Part shown: positions 18,499 through 28,217 of the stretch, in pieces
How the letters are laid out: each line of letters starts with the position of its first letter
How positions within the stretch are numbered: position 1 is the first letter of the stretch
From: Clostridia bacterium
GTDB taxonomy: Bacteria > Bacillota > Clostridia > Oscillospirales > CAG-272
DNA length: 64,000 bases
Reading direction: 5' to 3'
Assembly (NCBI GenBank): GCA_017536475.1
Contig: JAFXHH010000021.1
Location: 68,431-132,430 of the forward strand
The notes under the pieces: model-generated
What the model was told of the DNA's origin: nothing
What the model saw: only the letters and a program-made list of their open reading frames with translations
Database searches by the model: none
Position numbers and translations under genes: made by a program

Positions 18499-19587
18499 GT
18501 GGCAGAAAACGCAAGAAATGAATTGAGCGAGCGTAAGAAACGCATACTCAAGGCGATCGTCGATGCTCATATCGTGGACGGCGAGCCCGTCGGCTCGAAA
18601 TATATCATGCAGGATGAGCACTTGAACTGCTCGTCTGCTACCATTCGAAACGAAATGGCAGAGCTTGAAGCGCTCGGATACCTCGAACAGCCTCACACCT
18701 CGGCAGGAAGAGTGCCAAGTGAGCTTGGCTACCGCTTCTACGTCGACACGCTGATCGAAAGCTACGCTATGACCACCACCGAGATCGCGGAGATCAACAA
18801 GCTGCTTAAATCGAAGATGAACGAGCTCGATCAGATCTTGATGGCGGCATCAAAGCTCGCGGGCAACCTCACAAACTATACAAGCTTTGTGATCAAACCC
18901 AAGGCAAGCTCGGTCAGGATCAAGCGCTTCGACGTCATATTCGTTGACAGACACAGTCTACTGCTCGTTATGATAAGCGACGGCGGGGCAGTGCTCACCA
19001 AGCGACTCTCGATAGATGTTGCCGTGTCGCAGCTGACAGCGTCGGATCTTGCCGTAGCGCTCAACGATCATATCTCAGGACTCACCGCCAACGAGATCAC
19101 GCTCCCGATAATCGTCGAGCTTGAGGAGGCGATGGGAGACAAGTCGGGAATAGTCAATCCTATCATAAAAATAATATACGAGAGCATGAACGAGCTTGAC
19201 GGCGGCGACCTCAAGGTCAGCGGAATGGACCGACTTTTGCAGTATCCCGAGTACAGCAATAAGGATCAACTTCGCGAGCTGCTCGGCGCGCTCGAAAACA
19301 AGGAGGACATTCTTGATCTGGTCAGCGATCCCGAAAGCGACGGAGTCAACGTCGTTATCGGATCGGAAAGCTCGGTCAAGGTCATGAATAACTCGGCGCT
19401 GGTCTTCAAGCCTGTCGTCCGAGACGGCAAGACCCTCGGAGCTATCGGCATCATCGGACCGAGACGTATGGACTACGCCAAGGTCGTTGCAACGATAGAG
19501 GGACTTGCAGGCAACATTGAGAGCATACTCAACGAAACCGATATGATACCCGAAAGAAACGGAGGAGATGAAAATGACGGAGGATAA
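18499..19587 (+). CDS. hrcA: Heat-inducible transcription repressor HrcA
   Basis: N-terminal winged helix LSERKKRILKAIVDAHIVDGEPVGSKYI ... SSATIRNEMAELE. The gene is the first of hrcA-grpE-dnaK-dnaJ. GTG start. Confidence 0.93.
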   Translation: MAENARNELSERKKRILKAIVDAHIVDGEPVGSKYIMQDEHLNCSSATIRNEMAELEALGYLEQPHTSAGRVPSELGYRFYVDTLIESYAMTTTEIAEINKLLKSKMNELDQILMAASKLAGNLTNYTSFVIKPKASSVRIKRFDVIFVDRHSLLLVMISDGGAVLTKRLSIDVAVSQLTASDLAVALNDHISGLTANEITLPIIVELEEAMGDKSGIVNPIIKIIYESMNELDGGDLKVSGMDRLLQYPEYSNKDQLRELLGALENKEDILDLVSDPESDGVNVVIGSESSVKVMNNSALVFKPVVRDGKTLGAIGIIGPRRMDYAKVVATIEGLAGNIESILNETDMIPERNGGDENDGG

Positions 19588-20185
19588 GAATATAGCCGCC
19601 GAGGAGCAGGAGAAAGCCCCTGAATCCGAGGCGACGGAGAAGATAGAATCCATCGAAGAGATCGAAGAGATCGAGGAGAGCGACAAAAAAGAGAGCCGCG
19701 CCGACAAGAAAAAGGTCAAGAAGCTTGAAGCTAAGATCACAGATCTCGAGAGTGAGCTTGAGAAGAAGGCACAGGAGCTTTCCGAGCAGAATGATAAATA
19801 TATGAGAATGATGGCGGAATACGATAATTTCCGCAAGAGAAGTGCAAAGGAAAGAGAAGGCACGTATGCCGACGCGTATGCCGACGCTCTTGTCTCGATA
19901 CTTCCCATCATAGACAATCTTGAGCGCGCGGTCGGTGTCACCGAGGCGGACGGAGTGCTCAAGGGACTCGAAATGACGCTCAAGGGCGCAGACGAAGCGC
20001 TTAAGAAAATGGGCGTTGAGGCGTTTGGGGCAGAGGGAGAGACGTTCGATCCCAATATCCATAACGCAGTTATGATGGTCGACGACGAAAATCATAATGA
20101 GGGTGAGATCGTCAGCGTGTTCCAGAAAGGCTATCGTAAAGGTGACAAAATCATAAGGTACGCTATGGTTACAGTAGCTAACTGA
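19568..20185 (+). CDS. grpE: Nucleotide exchange factor GrpE
   Basis: Acidic N-terminus, coiled coil, then YMRMMAEYDNFRKR ... ILPIIDNLERA ... FDPNIHNAVM. Overlaps the hrcA end by 20 nt. Confidence 0.93.
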   Translation: MKMTEDKNIAAEEQEKAPESEATEKIESIEEIEEIEESDKKESRADKKKVKKLEAKITDLESELEKKAQELSEQNDKYMRMMAEYDNFRKRSAKEREGTYADAYADALVSILPIIDNLERAVGVTEADGVLKGLEMTLKGADEALKKMGVEAFGAEGETFDPNIHNAVMMVDDENHNEGEIVSVFQKGYRKGDKIIRYAMVTVAN

Positions 20186-20319
20186 TCACATCATCATTTT
20201 AAAACCTAAACCGTAGAAAACAACAACTATCCTTATTGAAGTTCTTTGGGTACCTTTCTTACAAGAAAGGTACGAAAAAAATCCATTTACACACATTATC
20301 CATAGGAGGAAATAATATT

Positions 20320-22155
20320 ATGGGAAAAATCATTGGCATTGACTTAGGTACAACAAACTCTTGCGTAGCGGTTTACGAGGGCAGCGAGCCTATCGTTATC
20401 CCCAATCCCGAGGGCGCGAGAACTACCCCTTCGGTAGTAGCGTTCTCCAAGACCGGCGAAAGACTCGTAGGTCAGGTTGCAAAGCGTCAGGCTATCACCA
20501 ACCCTGACAAGACCGTTATCTCGATCAAGAGAGACATGGGCTCCAACAAAAAGGTAAACATCGACGGCAAGACATATACTCCCCAGGAGATCTCGGCTAT
20601 GATCCTTCAGAAGCTGAAGGCAGATGCAGAGGCATATCTCGGAAGTACGGTAACCGATGCGGTAATCACAGTTCCCGCATACTTCACCGACGCGCAGAGA
20701 CAGGCAACCAAGGATGCGGGTAAGATCGCAGGCCTTAACGTTCAGAGAATCATCAACGAGCCCACCGCGGCGGCTCTCGCTTACGGCGTGGATAAGGAAG
20801 ACCAGAAGATCATGGTATTCGACCTTGGCGGCGGTACGTTCGACGTATCTCTGCTTGAGATCTCCGACGGCGTGTTCGAGGTTCTTGCAACCGCAGGTAA
20901 CAACAAGCTCGGCGGCGACGACTTCGACCAGAGAATCATCGACTGGATGGCAGAGCAGTTCAAGAAGGAGAACGGCATCGATCTCCGCAACGACAAGATG
21001 GTAATGCAGAGACTTAAGGACGCGGCAGAGAAGGCAAAGATCGAGCTTTCGGGCGTTACTACCTCGAACATCAACCTCCCCTTCATCACCGCAACTGCGG
21101 CAGGTCCTCTCCACTTTGAAGCAACCCTTACAAGAGCAGAATTCGACCGTATCACCGCAGACCTCGTTGAAGCGACCATGGGTCCCACAAAGCAGGTTCT
21201 TCGTGACTCGGGTCTCTCGGCAAGCCAGATCGACAAGGTGCTCCTCGTCGGCGGTTCTACGAGAATCCCCGCAGTTCAGGACGCAGTTAAGAAGTTCATC
21301 GGCAAGGAGCCCTTCAAGGGCATCAACCCCGACGAGTGCGTAGCAGTCGGCGCGGCTATTCAGGGCGGCGTTCTCGGCGGCGAGGTCAAGGATCTTCTGC
21401 TTCTCGACGTAACTCCTCTCTCTCTCGGTATCGAGACTATGGGCGGCGTATTCAACAGAATTATTGATAGAAACACCACTATCCCCGTAAAGAAGAGCCA
21501 GATCTACTCCACCGCGGCTGACGGTCAGACCTCGGTTGAGATCCACGTTCTTCAGGGTGAGCGCGAGATGGCAGCTTATAACACCACTCTCGGACGCTTC
21601 TCCCTCGACGGAATTGCTCCCGCACCCAGAGGAATCCCTCAGATCGAGGTAACCTTTGACATCGATGCTAACGGTATCGTTAACGTAACCGCGTGCGATA
21701 AGGGAACGGGCAAGGAGCAGCACATCACCATCACCTCCTCCACTAATATGTCGCAGGAGGACATCGACAAGGCTGTCAAGGACGCTGAAAAGTTCGCAGA
21801 GGAGGACAAGAAGGCTAAGGAGGCAGTTGAGGTCAAGAACCGCGCGGACAGCATGATCTTCCAGTGCGAGAAGACCCTCGGTGAGCTCGGTGACAAGATC
21901 GATGCGGCTGACAAGGCAGACGTTGAGGCGGCTATCGCAAAGCTTAAGGAGACCGTAAAGGGAAGCGACACCGAGGCTATCAAGGCTGATACCGAGGCTG
22001 TTGAAAAGGCGTTCTATAAGGTAAGCGAAAAGCTCTACGCACAGCAGAACGCGCAGGGTCAGGGCTTCGATCCTAATAATATGGGCGGTCAGAACGGCGG
22101 CGCACAGGACGGTCAGTTCTACGACGCAAACTACGAGGATAACTCGAATAAATAA
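20320..22155 (+). CDS. dnaK: Molecular chaperone DnaK (Hsp70)
   Basis: [18 protein letters not shown] start with AGGAGG 8 nt upstream. [10 protein letters not shown]. The 28 codons upstream in the listed ORF are unsupported. Confidence 0.97.
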   Translation: MGKIIGIDLGTTNSCVAVYEGSEPIVIPNPEGARTTPSVVAFSKTGERLVGQVAKRQAITNPDKTVISIKRDMGSNKKVNIDGKTYTPQEISAMILQKLKADAEAYLGSTVTDAVITVPAYFTDAQRQATKDAGKIAGLNVQRIINEPTAAALAYGVDKEDQKIMVFDLGGGTFDVSLLEISDGVFEVLATAGNNKLGGDDFDQRIIDWMAEQFKKENGIDLRNDKMVMQRLKDAAEKAKIELSGVTTSNINLPFITATAAGPLHFEATLTRAEFDRITADLVEATMGPTKQVLRDSGLSASQIDKVLLVGGSTRIPAVQDAVKKFIGKEPFKGINPDECVAVGAAIQGGVLGGEVKDLLLLDVTPLSLGIETMGGVFNRIIDRNTTIPVKKSQIYSTAADGQTSVEIHVLQGEREMAAYNTTLGRFSLDGIAPAPRGIPQIEVTFDIDANGIVNVTACDKGTGKEQHITITSSTNMSQEDIDKAVKDAEKFAEEDKKAKEAVEVKNRADSMIFQCEKTLGELGDKIDAADKADVEAAIAKLKETVKGSDTEAIKADTEAVEKAFYKVSEKLYAQQNAQGQGFDPNNMGGQNGGAQDGQFYDANYEDNSNK

Positions 22156-22165
22156 TTTTTAAAGC

Positions 22166-22196
22166 ATGGGAAAGGTCGAAACCCGACCTTTCCCAT
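22166..22196 (+). other. 13-bp perfect stem-loop just after the dnaK stop (no T-tract)
   Basis: ATGGGAAAGGTCG (22166-22178), loop AAACC, CGACCTTTCCCAT (22184-22196). Confidence 0.8.
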
Positions 22197-22271
22197 AAAG
22201 TGCAAATTATAAGGCGGGCGATTCGATTTGGCTATAAGCAAAACGAACGGTTAATATTGCCTTTTTTACAA

Positions 22272-22332
22272 GGAAGGTTTTTGGAGAGGGTGCAGGGAGA
22301 ACCCTTTTTACCTAAAAAGGTTCTCCCTGCAT
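22272..22332 (+). repeat. Palindromic intergenic element, copy A (GAAGGTTTTTGG box plus a 20-bp perfect hairpin)
   Basis: TGCAGGGAGAACCCTTTTTA (22291-22310) and TAAAAAGGGTTCTCCCTGCA (22313-22332) are exact reverse complements. They are preceded by GGAAGGTTTTTGGAGAGGG. Confidence 0.85.
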
Positions 22333-22349
22333 ACACATTATAACTAACT

Positions 22350-23474
22350 ATGGCAGATAAAAGAGATTATTACGAGGTGTTGGGCATCCAGAAGGGCGCG
22401 TCCGACACCGATATAAAGAAAGCATACAGATCACTTGCGAAGAAATACCATCCTGACGTAAACCCGGGCGACAAGGAAGCCGAGGCGAAGTTCAAGGAGG
22501 TCAACGAGGCATACGAGGTGTTGTCTGATGCTGATAAAAAGGCGAAATACGACCAATACGGTCACGCGGCGTTCGATCCTTCTGGTGCAGGCTTCGGTGG
22601 CGGCGGATTTGGCGGCTTCGGCGGCTTTGACGTCGATCTTGGCGACATTTTCGGTAGCTTTTTCGGCGGCGGAAGCTCAAGACAAAGAAGAAACGGACCC
22701 CAAAGAGGCGACGACATCGAGCTGAACGTAACCATCAGCTTTGAGGAGGCTGTGTTCGGCTGTAAAAAGGACGTAAGCTTCCAGAGATACAGCAAGTGCT
22801 CGTCCTGCAGTGGAAGCGGCTCTGCGGACGGCAAGAGCGAGACCTGCCCGAGCTGTCGAGGCACGGGACAGAGACGCGTAATGCAGAATCTTGGCGGAAT
22901 GCAGTTCCAGTCCACCACCACCTGCGACACCTGTCGCGGTACGGGTAAATATATCAAGACCCCTTGTCAGAAATGTCGCGGCTCGGGCTTTGAGCGCGTG
23001 ACCAAGAAGCTGACCGTGGATATTCCCGCGGGAATAGATCACGGCAAGGGACTTATCATCAGAGGTGCGGGTAACGACGGCAAGAACGGCGGCGGTGCAG
23101 GCGACGTTCTTGTTATGGTCAGCGTTCGTCCGAGCGCGACCTTCAAGCGCGAGGGCTACACTCTCTACTGTGAGGTTCCGATAACTATCGCGGAGGCAAC
23201 GCTCGGCGCGGAGATCGAGGTCCCCACGCTCGAGGGAATGGAGAAGTTCACTATCCCCGAGGGCACACAGACGGGAACCACCTTTACACTCAAGCAAAAG
23301 GGAGTTCCGATGATAAACTCCAACCGCCGCGGAGACCTTATTTTCCGTGTCAACGTTGAAGTGCCCAAGGGATTGAGCGAAAAGCAAAAGGAGCTTTTGC
23401 GAGCCTTTGCAAAGGAATGCGGAGAGAACAACTACGCAAAGAAAAAGAATTTTTTTAAGAAGGATAAAAAATAA
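22350..23474 (+). CDS. dnaJ: Molecular chaperone DnaJ
   Basis: J domain with HPD (KKYHPDVNP), a G/F region, and four CxxCxGxG zinc motifs ([32 protein letters not shown]). Confidence 0.96.
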   Translation: MADKRDYYEVLGIQKGASDTDIKKAYRSLAKKYHPDVNPGDKEAEAKFKEVNEAYEVLSDADKKAKYDQYGHAAFDPSGAGFGGGGFGGFGGFDVDLGDIFGSFFGGGSSRQRRNGPQRGDDIELNVTISFEEAVFGCKKDVSFQRYSKCSSCSGSGSADGKSETCPSCRGTGQRRVMQNLGGMQFQSTTTCDTCRGTGKYIKTPCQKCRGSGFERVTKKLTVDIPAGIDHGKGLIIRGAGNDGKNGGGAGDVLVMVSVRPSATFKREGYTLYCEVPITIAEATLGAEIEVPTLEGMEKFTIPEGTQTGTTFTLKQKGVPMINSNRRGDLIFRVNVEVPKGLSEKQKELLRAFAKECGENNYAKKKNFFKKDKK

Positions 23475-24433
23475 TGACTGATAAAGATTACGTCTGTGGT
23501 GACTTTGGCGAGGTCACTGAATGGCTACAGATCAAGGTGACCGTAAAGACCGAGCGACTTGACGAGCTGACGAGTCTGATGAGCATGATCAACACAAATC
23601 TGCTCATCGATGACCTCAGCGACATAGATCTTAAGACCTGCTACGGCGACCTTATCGACGAAAAGATACTGAACGCCGACAAATCGCACGCCTCAGTGTC
23701 TTATTTCGTACCGAAGGACGCGAATATTGCCGACGATATGGCATTTTTGCGCGAAAGACTTGCGTCCGCAAGCCTCACCGATGCCGAGATCGAGGTCATA
23801 GGATTGTGCGAGGAGGACTGGGCAAACTCCTGGAAGGAATTTTATAAGCCCTTTAAGGTCGGAAAGATCGTCATCGTGCCCGCATGGGAGCATTACGAGG
23901 CTAAGGACGGCGAGATCATCGTCAGTATGGATCCCGGAATGGCATTCGGCACGGGAACACACGAGACCACAAGGCTTATCATATCTCTGCTTCAGAAATA
24001 CGTAAAAGAGGGCGACAGCCTGCTTGACGTAGGCACGGGAAGCGGAATATTGGCGATCTGTGGAGCGAAGCTCGGAGCAGAGAACTGCCGCGCGTACGAT
24101 ATAGATCCTATGTCGGTGCGCGTTGCAAACGAGAATATCCGCGAGAGCGGACTTGAAGATAAGATCACCTGCGCGCAGAGCGACCTGCTTCGTCAGGTCG
24201 AAAACCGAGTCGGCGGCTACGATATCATCTGCGCTAACATAGTCGCGGATATCATTATCCGTATGACGCCCGACGTCGCTCCCTTTATGAGCGAAAAAAC
24301 CGTCCTGCTCGCATCGGGCATCATCGCAGAGCGTTGCGATGACGTTGTAGATTGCTTCGAGCAGCACGGCTTTAAAATCGTCGAGCGCGCCGAGGATAAC
24401 GGCTGGTGCGCTTTGGCGGTTATGATTGGATAA
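23474..24433 (+). CDS. prmA: Ribosomal protein L11 methyltransferase PrmA
   Basis: DPGMAFGTGTHETT and LLDVGTGSGILAI (SAM motif I). The start overlaps the dnaJ stop (TAATG). Confidence 0.92.
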   Translation: MTDKDYVCGDFGEVTEWLQIKVTVKTERLDELTSLMSMINTNLLIDDLSDIDLKTCYGDLIDEKILNADKSHASVSYFVPKDANIADDMAFLRERLASASLTDAEIEVIGLCEEDWANSWKEFYKPFKVGKIVIVPAWEHYEAKDGEIIVSMDPGMAFGTGTHETTRLIISLLQKYVKEGDSLLDVGTGSGILAICGAKLGAENCRAYDIDPMSVRVANENIRESGLEDKITCAQSDLLRQVENRVGGYDIICANIVADIIIRMTPDVAPFMSEKTVLLASGIIAERCDDVVDCFEQHGFKIVERAEDNGWCALAVMIG

Positions 24434-24442
24434 GTGAATATA

Positions 24443-24518
24443 TGCAGGGGGAGGGCGAACCTTTTTGAGAAAAAGGGTTCGCCCTCCCCCTGCACCCCCT
24501 CCCACTCCAAAAACTTTC
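24443..24518 (-). repeat. Palindromic intergenic element, copy B (inverted relative to copy A)
   Basis: TGCAGGGGGAGGGCGAACCTTTTT (24443-24466) pairs with AAAAAGGGTTCGCCCTCCCCCTGCA (24470-24494): a ~24-bp stem with one bulge. It is followed by CCAAAAACTTTC (24507-24518), the reverse complement of the GAAAGTTTTTGG box. Confidence 0.85.
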
Positions 24519-24584
24519 AATAAAAGGAAAGATGATAGGGTGGCGGTATAGAGCAGCCGTTAAATTTTATTTTGTGATATTGTT

Positions 24585-25154
24585 TTATAGCTCGATCACG
24601 TTGTCGGCAAAGGCAATATCGCCCTCGTCGTGTGTGACGAGCACAAGCGTTTTACCGATCGAAAATTCGATCAATAATTCAAGCATTTTTGTCGCGGTCT
24701 CCTTGTCAAGAGCAGAGAAGGGCTCATCGAGCAAGAGTAGCTCTGCATCGGTCGCCTCGGCAAAGGCAAGAAAGCGTGCAAATGCAACTCTTTGCGCCAT
24801 TCCCCCCGAAAGCTCGTGGGGATATTTTTTTTCGGCATCGGCAAGCCCGACTGTCGCGAGATATTTGCCCGCAAGAGCAAAATCCTCTTTTTTGAGCACC
24901 GCACGGATATTGTCAAGCGCGTTTTTCCAAGGTAAAAGCCGTGTTTCTTGGAACATATACGCGATTTTTTCGTCGCGCACCATTTCGCCACCGTCGATAG
25001 CCTCCAGTCCTGCAATTACGCGCAAAAGCGTGGTTTTTCCGCAGCCCGAAGCACCAAGGACCACATTTTTCGATCCTTGAGTCAATTTCAGCGAAAAATC
25101 GTCGAGCACGACGTTATTCCCGAACGATTTTCGTATGTTTTTAAGTTCAGTCAA
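24585..25154 (-). CDS. ABC transporter ATP-binding protein (nitrate/sulfonate/taurine family), minimal 189-aa form
   Basis: Walker A GASGCGKTT, Q-loop MFQE, signature LSGGMAQR, Walker B LLLLDEPFSALD, H-loop VTHD. The protein ends about 15 aa after the H-loop. Confidence 0.88.
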   Translation of the reverse strand: MTELKNIRKSFGNNVVLDDFSLKLTQGSKNVVLGASGCGKTTLLRVIAGLEAIDGGEMVRDEKIAYMFQETRLLPWKNALDNIRAVLKKEDFALAGKYLATVGLADAEKKYPHELSGGMAQRVAFARFLAFAEATDAELLLLDEPFSALDKETATKMLELLIEFSIGKTLVLVTHDEGDIAFADNVIEL

Positions 25155-25920
25155 TCTTCTCGCCTCCCTTCAGAGTCGAAAGCCCCTTTTTCGCAAGCGC
25201 AGAGAAGAGAACGACCATCAATTTTTCAATAACAACGCTCAAAATTATCACGACGACCGTCCAAGCGAAAAGATCGACTGTTTCAAGATAAATTTTAGCG
25301 TCCGAGATCATTTTTCCGATTGAAATAACGGGAACCAAGAGCACCTCTGCGGCGACGCCCGCCTTCCAAGCCATACCGAGCGAGGCACGGAGAGAAGCGA
25401 AAAAGTAGGGCGCGATGCTCGGCAGATAGATGTGCTTTATTTTAGCTGATCGGCTCATTTTGTAGACGTTTGCCATTTCAATCAAAGCCTTGTCAGTATT
25501 GAGAAATCCCGTTTCCACGTTTGCCCACACGACAGGCGTAACTATCATTGCTGCAACGATAAGCGGAGCGACGTCGCGGCTTATCCAGAGCACGATCAGG
25601 AAGATAAACGACACCACGGGAGTCGATTTTATCACCGCAAGCGCGGGCGCGAAAAAATCTCTTGCCAATTTTGAGAACGCGGTAAGAATACCGCCGAGTA
25701 TGCCGATCGCTACACCTGCCGCGATACCCGCAACAATGCGAAGAAGCGAGAGTCCGATCGTTTTATAAAAATCAAGCGTGATCATAAGCTCGCCGAGTCT
25801 GACGGCTACCGCCCACGGCGCAGGAAAGAGCAGCTCGTGTCCTACCGCCATGGCGATCAGCTGCCATAAGCCGATCCATACGAGAGCGATAAGTGAATAT
25901 TTCAATATCTTTTTCATCAT
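25147..25920 (-). CDS. ABC transporter permease (SsuC/TauC-like)
   Basis: Six hydrophobic segments. Overlaps both neighbours (8 nt and 4 nt). Confidence 0.85.
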   Translation of the reverse strand: MMKKILKYSLIALVWIGLWQLIAMAVGHELLFPAPWAVAVRLGELMITLDFYKTIGLSLLRIVAGIAAGVAIGILGGILTAFSKLARDFFAPALAVIKSTPVVSFIFLIVLWISRDVAPLIVAAMIVTPVVWANVETGFLNTDKALIEMANVYKMSRSAKIKHIYLPSIAPYFFASLRASLGMAWKAGVAAEVLLVPVISIGKMISDAKIYLETVDLFAWTVVVIILSVVIEKLMVVLFSALAKKGLSTLKGGEKID

Positions 25921-26903
25921 TTTTCAAGATAGATCTTACTATCGGGGATCTTTCCGCCGACAGACTTGGGGTTTATTGCATAAAGCTTCGCAAAGAAAAC
26001 GTCGAGTGCGCTTGCCATTTCTTCACCGTCTACAAATACGATATTGCATTTCGGTATCGCCTGCTCAGCAACCGCCGCCTGTGCGAAAATCCCTGCTTCC
26101 GCTATGCAAACCGACGCGCCTTTGGGGTCAGAGATCGTAAATTGGATAGAGTCTTCATAGTCACTTAAGAACTGTTCGAGCTCCTTGGGGTGAGCATCCG
26201 CCCACTCGGTGCGGACTACGATACAGCCCTGCATAAGAGTGTTATCGCCGTACACCTTTTCCCATTCGTCAGTCAGATCAAGCGCAACGGCGAGCTTGTC
26301 GTTGGCATTTTTTGCGATAGTTACCATAGGCTCGGGAAGAACGGCGATATCGACCTTGCCCGTGACGATCGCCTCGCGCAAAAACGCGGGCTCGGCGTAG
26401 CTTGTGTCGATGGTTACGTTGATGTTATTTTCACGGCAGATCGCCTCAAAGATAAAGGCGGGGTTTTGCGCGGGACAATATACGGTCTTGCCGTCAAGCT
26501 CGGAGAGGTCGGTTATGTCGACCTTCTCACCATTGACGACGAGATAAAGCACGCCAAGCGTGTTGACCGCGGCGATCTTGACTGCGCCGTTAGTCTTATT
26601 GTAGAGCGCGGCGGCGGCATTGGTCGGGAGCGCGGCGATATCGACGCTTCCGTTGATAAGTCCCTTGGTAATGGGCTCGGATTCTTTTTCAACGGTAAAT
26701 TTATAGTTAAGCTCGGTCTTTCCGTCGGCTGCGTCGGTCATCAGCTTAGCCGCACCGAAGCCCGTCGTACCGTTGAGCACCGAGATATTTATCTGAAGCT
26801 CGTCCCGTGGGAAAGTGCAGGAGCAGAGCAGAGAGGTTAACGTAATGATCGCGCATATCAGAGGGATCAGCCTTTGTAAAAAAATGTTTTTTGTTTTTTT
26901 CAT
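25917..26903 (-). CDS. ABC transporter substrate-binding lipoprotein (NMT1/THI5- or SsuA-like)
   Basis: Signal peptide with lipobox LLCSC. It is the first gene of a three-gene minus-strand operon with the permease and ATPase. Confidence 0.75.
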   Translation of the reverse strand: MKKTKNIFLQRLIPLICAIITLTSLLCSCTFPRDELQINISVLNGTTGFGAAKLMTDAADGKTELNYKFTVEKESEPITKGLINGSVDIAALPTNAAAALYNKTNGAVKIAAVNTLGVLYLVVNGEKVDITDLSELDGKTVYCPAQNPAFIFEAICRENNINVTIDTSYAEPAFLREAIVTGKVDIAVLPEPMVTIAKNANDKLAVALDLTDEWEKVYGDNTLMQGCIVVRTEWADAHPKELEQFLSDYEDSIQFTISDPKGASVCIAEAGIFAQAAVAEQAIPKCNIVFVDGEEMASALDVFFAKLYAINPKSVGGKIPDSKIYLEK

Positions 26904-26942
26904 AATGAGATCGCCTTTCGAATTGACTTCAAACCACCTAAT

Positions 26943-26971
26943 ATTATACTACTTTAGTTTTAGAATGTCAA
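26943..26971 (-). promoter_or_regulatory. Consensus SigA-type promoter for the minus-strand ABC operon
   Basis: On the minus strand: TTGACA (26971-26966), a 17-nt spacer, then TATAAT (26948-26943). This is about 40 nt upstream of the start at 26903. Confidence 0.65.
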
Positions 26972-27213
26972 TGGATTTCATTTAACTAAAGGCAATGTAA
27001 ACATTGTGTAAATTTTCACCTTTTCTATTTACTTTTCTTTGTTGATAATGTATAATTAAACTTCGGGTAATGACGACACAGTTGTCGTAAATATCTTGCG
27101 CTTATTTAGATAAGAGGCATATCCCCGCAACAAACAGGCGATTCTAAAATCGCCAAAAAATCACTATTTCGCGAAAAATCGTAAAAAAGTGTGCGTACAT
27201 AGTTAAAAATCAG

Positions 27214-27242
27214 TTGCAATAAAACTAAAAAATCGTTACAAT
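27214..27242 (+). promoter_or_regulatory. Putative promoter of the sugar-salvage operon
   Basis: TTGCAA (27214-27219), a 17-nt spacer, then TACAAT (27237-27242). Confidence 0.5.
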
Positions 27243-27293
27243 GACTTGTAGAAATTAATCTCAATCTACTCTAATCGCAGAAGGAGCCTTAAG

Positions 27294-28196
27294 ATGACAC
27301 TCGTAATACTTGCAGCAGGAATGGGATCACGCTACGGCGGTCTCAAGCAGATAGATCCCATCACCGATAACGGCGAATTCATAATCGATTTTTCAATCTA
27401 TGATGCTGTAAAATCGGGATTTGACAAGGTAGTTTTCATTATCAAGAAAGAGAATTACGACGCGTTCCGTGAGACAGTCGGTGCGCGCGTAGAGCCTTAC
27501 ATAAAGGTTGAATACGCTTTCCAGGATATCGTTGATATCCCCGAAGGATTCAGCGTTCCCGAGGGCAGACAGAAGCCTTGGGGCACGTCTCACGCGCTTC
27601 TTTGCGCCGCACCCTACGTCACCGATAATTTTGCGGTCGTGAATGCCGACGATTTTTACGGCAGAGATGCGTTTGTCAAGTTGGCAGAGCACCTCGGCAG
27701 ACTTGACCCGACATCGACCGACTACTGTATGGTCGGCTACGTGCTTCGCAATACCCTTACCGAAAACGGTACGGTCTCTCGTGGCAGATGTGCGACCGAC
27801 AGTGAGGGAATGCTCACATCGATCACAGAGCTGACCAAGATCAAGACTTGCGGAAGCGATGCGCAGTATCTGAACGACGGCGGCGAATGGGAGGATCTCT
27901 CGGGCGACACCGTGGTATCGATGAACTGCTGGGGACTTACCCCCGCGATCTTCGGCGAGCTTAAGGACGGATTCGTTAAGTTCCTTTCCTCCGAAAAAGG
28001 AAAAGAGCTTAAGAGCGAATACTATCTCCCCGGCGCGATCGACGATATGATGAAGGCGGGCAAGTGCACCGTCAAGGTTCACGAAACGAGTGCGGCATGG
28101 TACGGAGTGACCTACTCCGAGGATAAGGAAGGCGTCAAGAACGCTCTCCGCAATATGATGACAAGTGGCGAATATCCCAATACACTTTGGAAATAA
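27294..28196 (+). CDS. Sugar-1-phosphate nucleotidyltransferase (NTP_transferase fold)
   Basis: N-terminal LVILAAGMGSRYGGLKQ nucleotide-binding loop and VVNADDFYG. Located next to an anomeric sugar kinase. Confidence 0.8.
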   Translation: MTLVILAAGMGSRYGGLKQIDPITDNGEFIIDFSIYDAVKSGFDKVVFIIKKENYDAFRETVGARVEPYIKVEYAFQDIVDIPEGFSVPEGRQKPWGTSHALLCAAPYVTDNFAVVNADDFYGRDAFVKLAEHLGRLDPTSTDYCMVGYVLRNTLTENGTVSRGRCATDSEGMLTSITELTKIKTCGSDAQYLNDGGEWEDLSGDTVVSMNCWGLTPAIFGELKDGFVKFLSSEKGKELKSEYYLPGAIDDMMKAGKCTVKVHETSAAWYGVTYSEDKEGVKNALRNMMTSGEYPNTLWK

Positions 28197-28217
28197 TCTT
28201 AGTTGAGGACTGTAAAG

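Noticed and set aside
19075-20055. 326-aa Ser-rich ORF antisense to hrcA/grpE
   Set aside because: Its low-complexity composition mirrors the Glu/Asp/Lys-rich sense frames. There are no start signals.
20344-21723. 459-aa ORF antisense to dnaK
   Set aside because: - It lies entirely inside and opposite the strongly conserved dnaK frame.
- It has no RBS or recognisable motif.
- Long antisense ORFs are a known by-product of hsp70 codon structure and of G/C-rich third positions.
23693-24520. 275-aa minus-strand ORF starting MKVFGVGGGAGGGRTLFLKK
   Set aside because: Its N-terminus is simply the translation of palindromic repeat copy B, and the rest is antisense to prmA. It is not a gene.
26904-27293. 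390-nt divergent intergenic region examined for a TPP or other riboswitch upstream of the NMT1/THI5-like transporter, and for terminators
   Set aside because: - The minus-strand promoter sits only about 40 nt from the start codon, leaving no room for a riboswitch.
- No CTGAGA / ACCTGATCTGGATAATGCCAGCG-like thi-box sequence is present.
- The two short hairpins (27072-27088 and 27138-27155) lack T-tracts in either orientation.
- Repeated AAAAATC tracts look like intrinsic A-tract DNA rather than a specific element.
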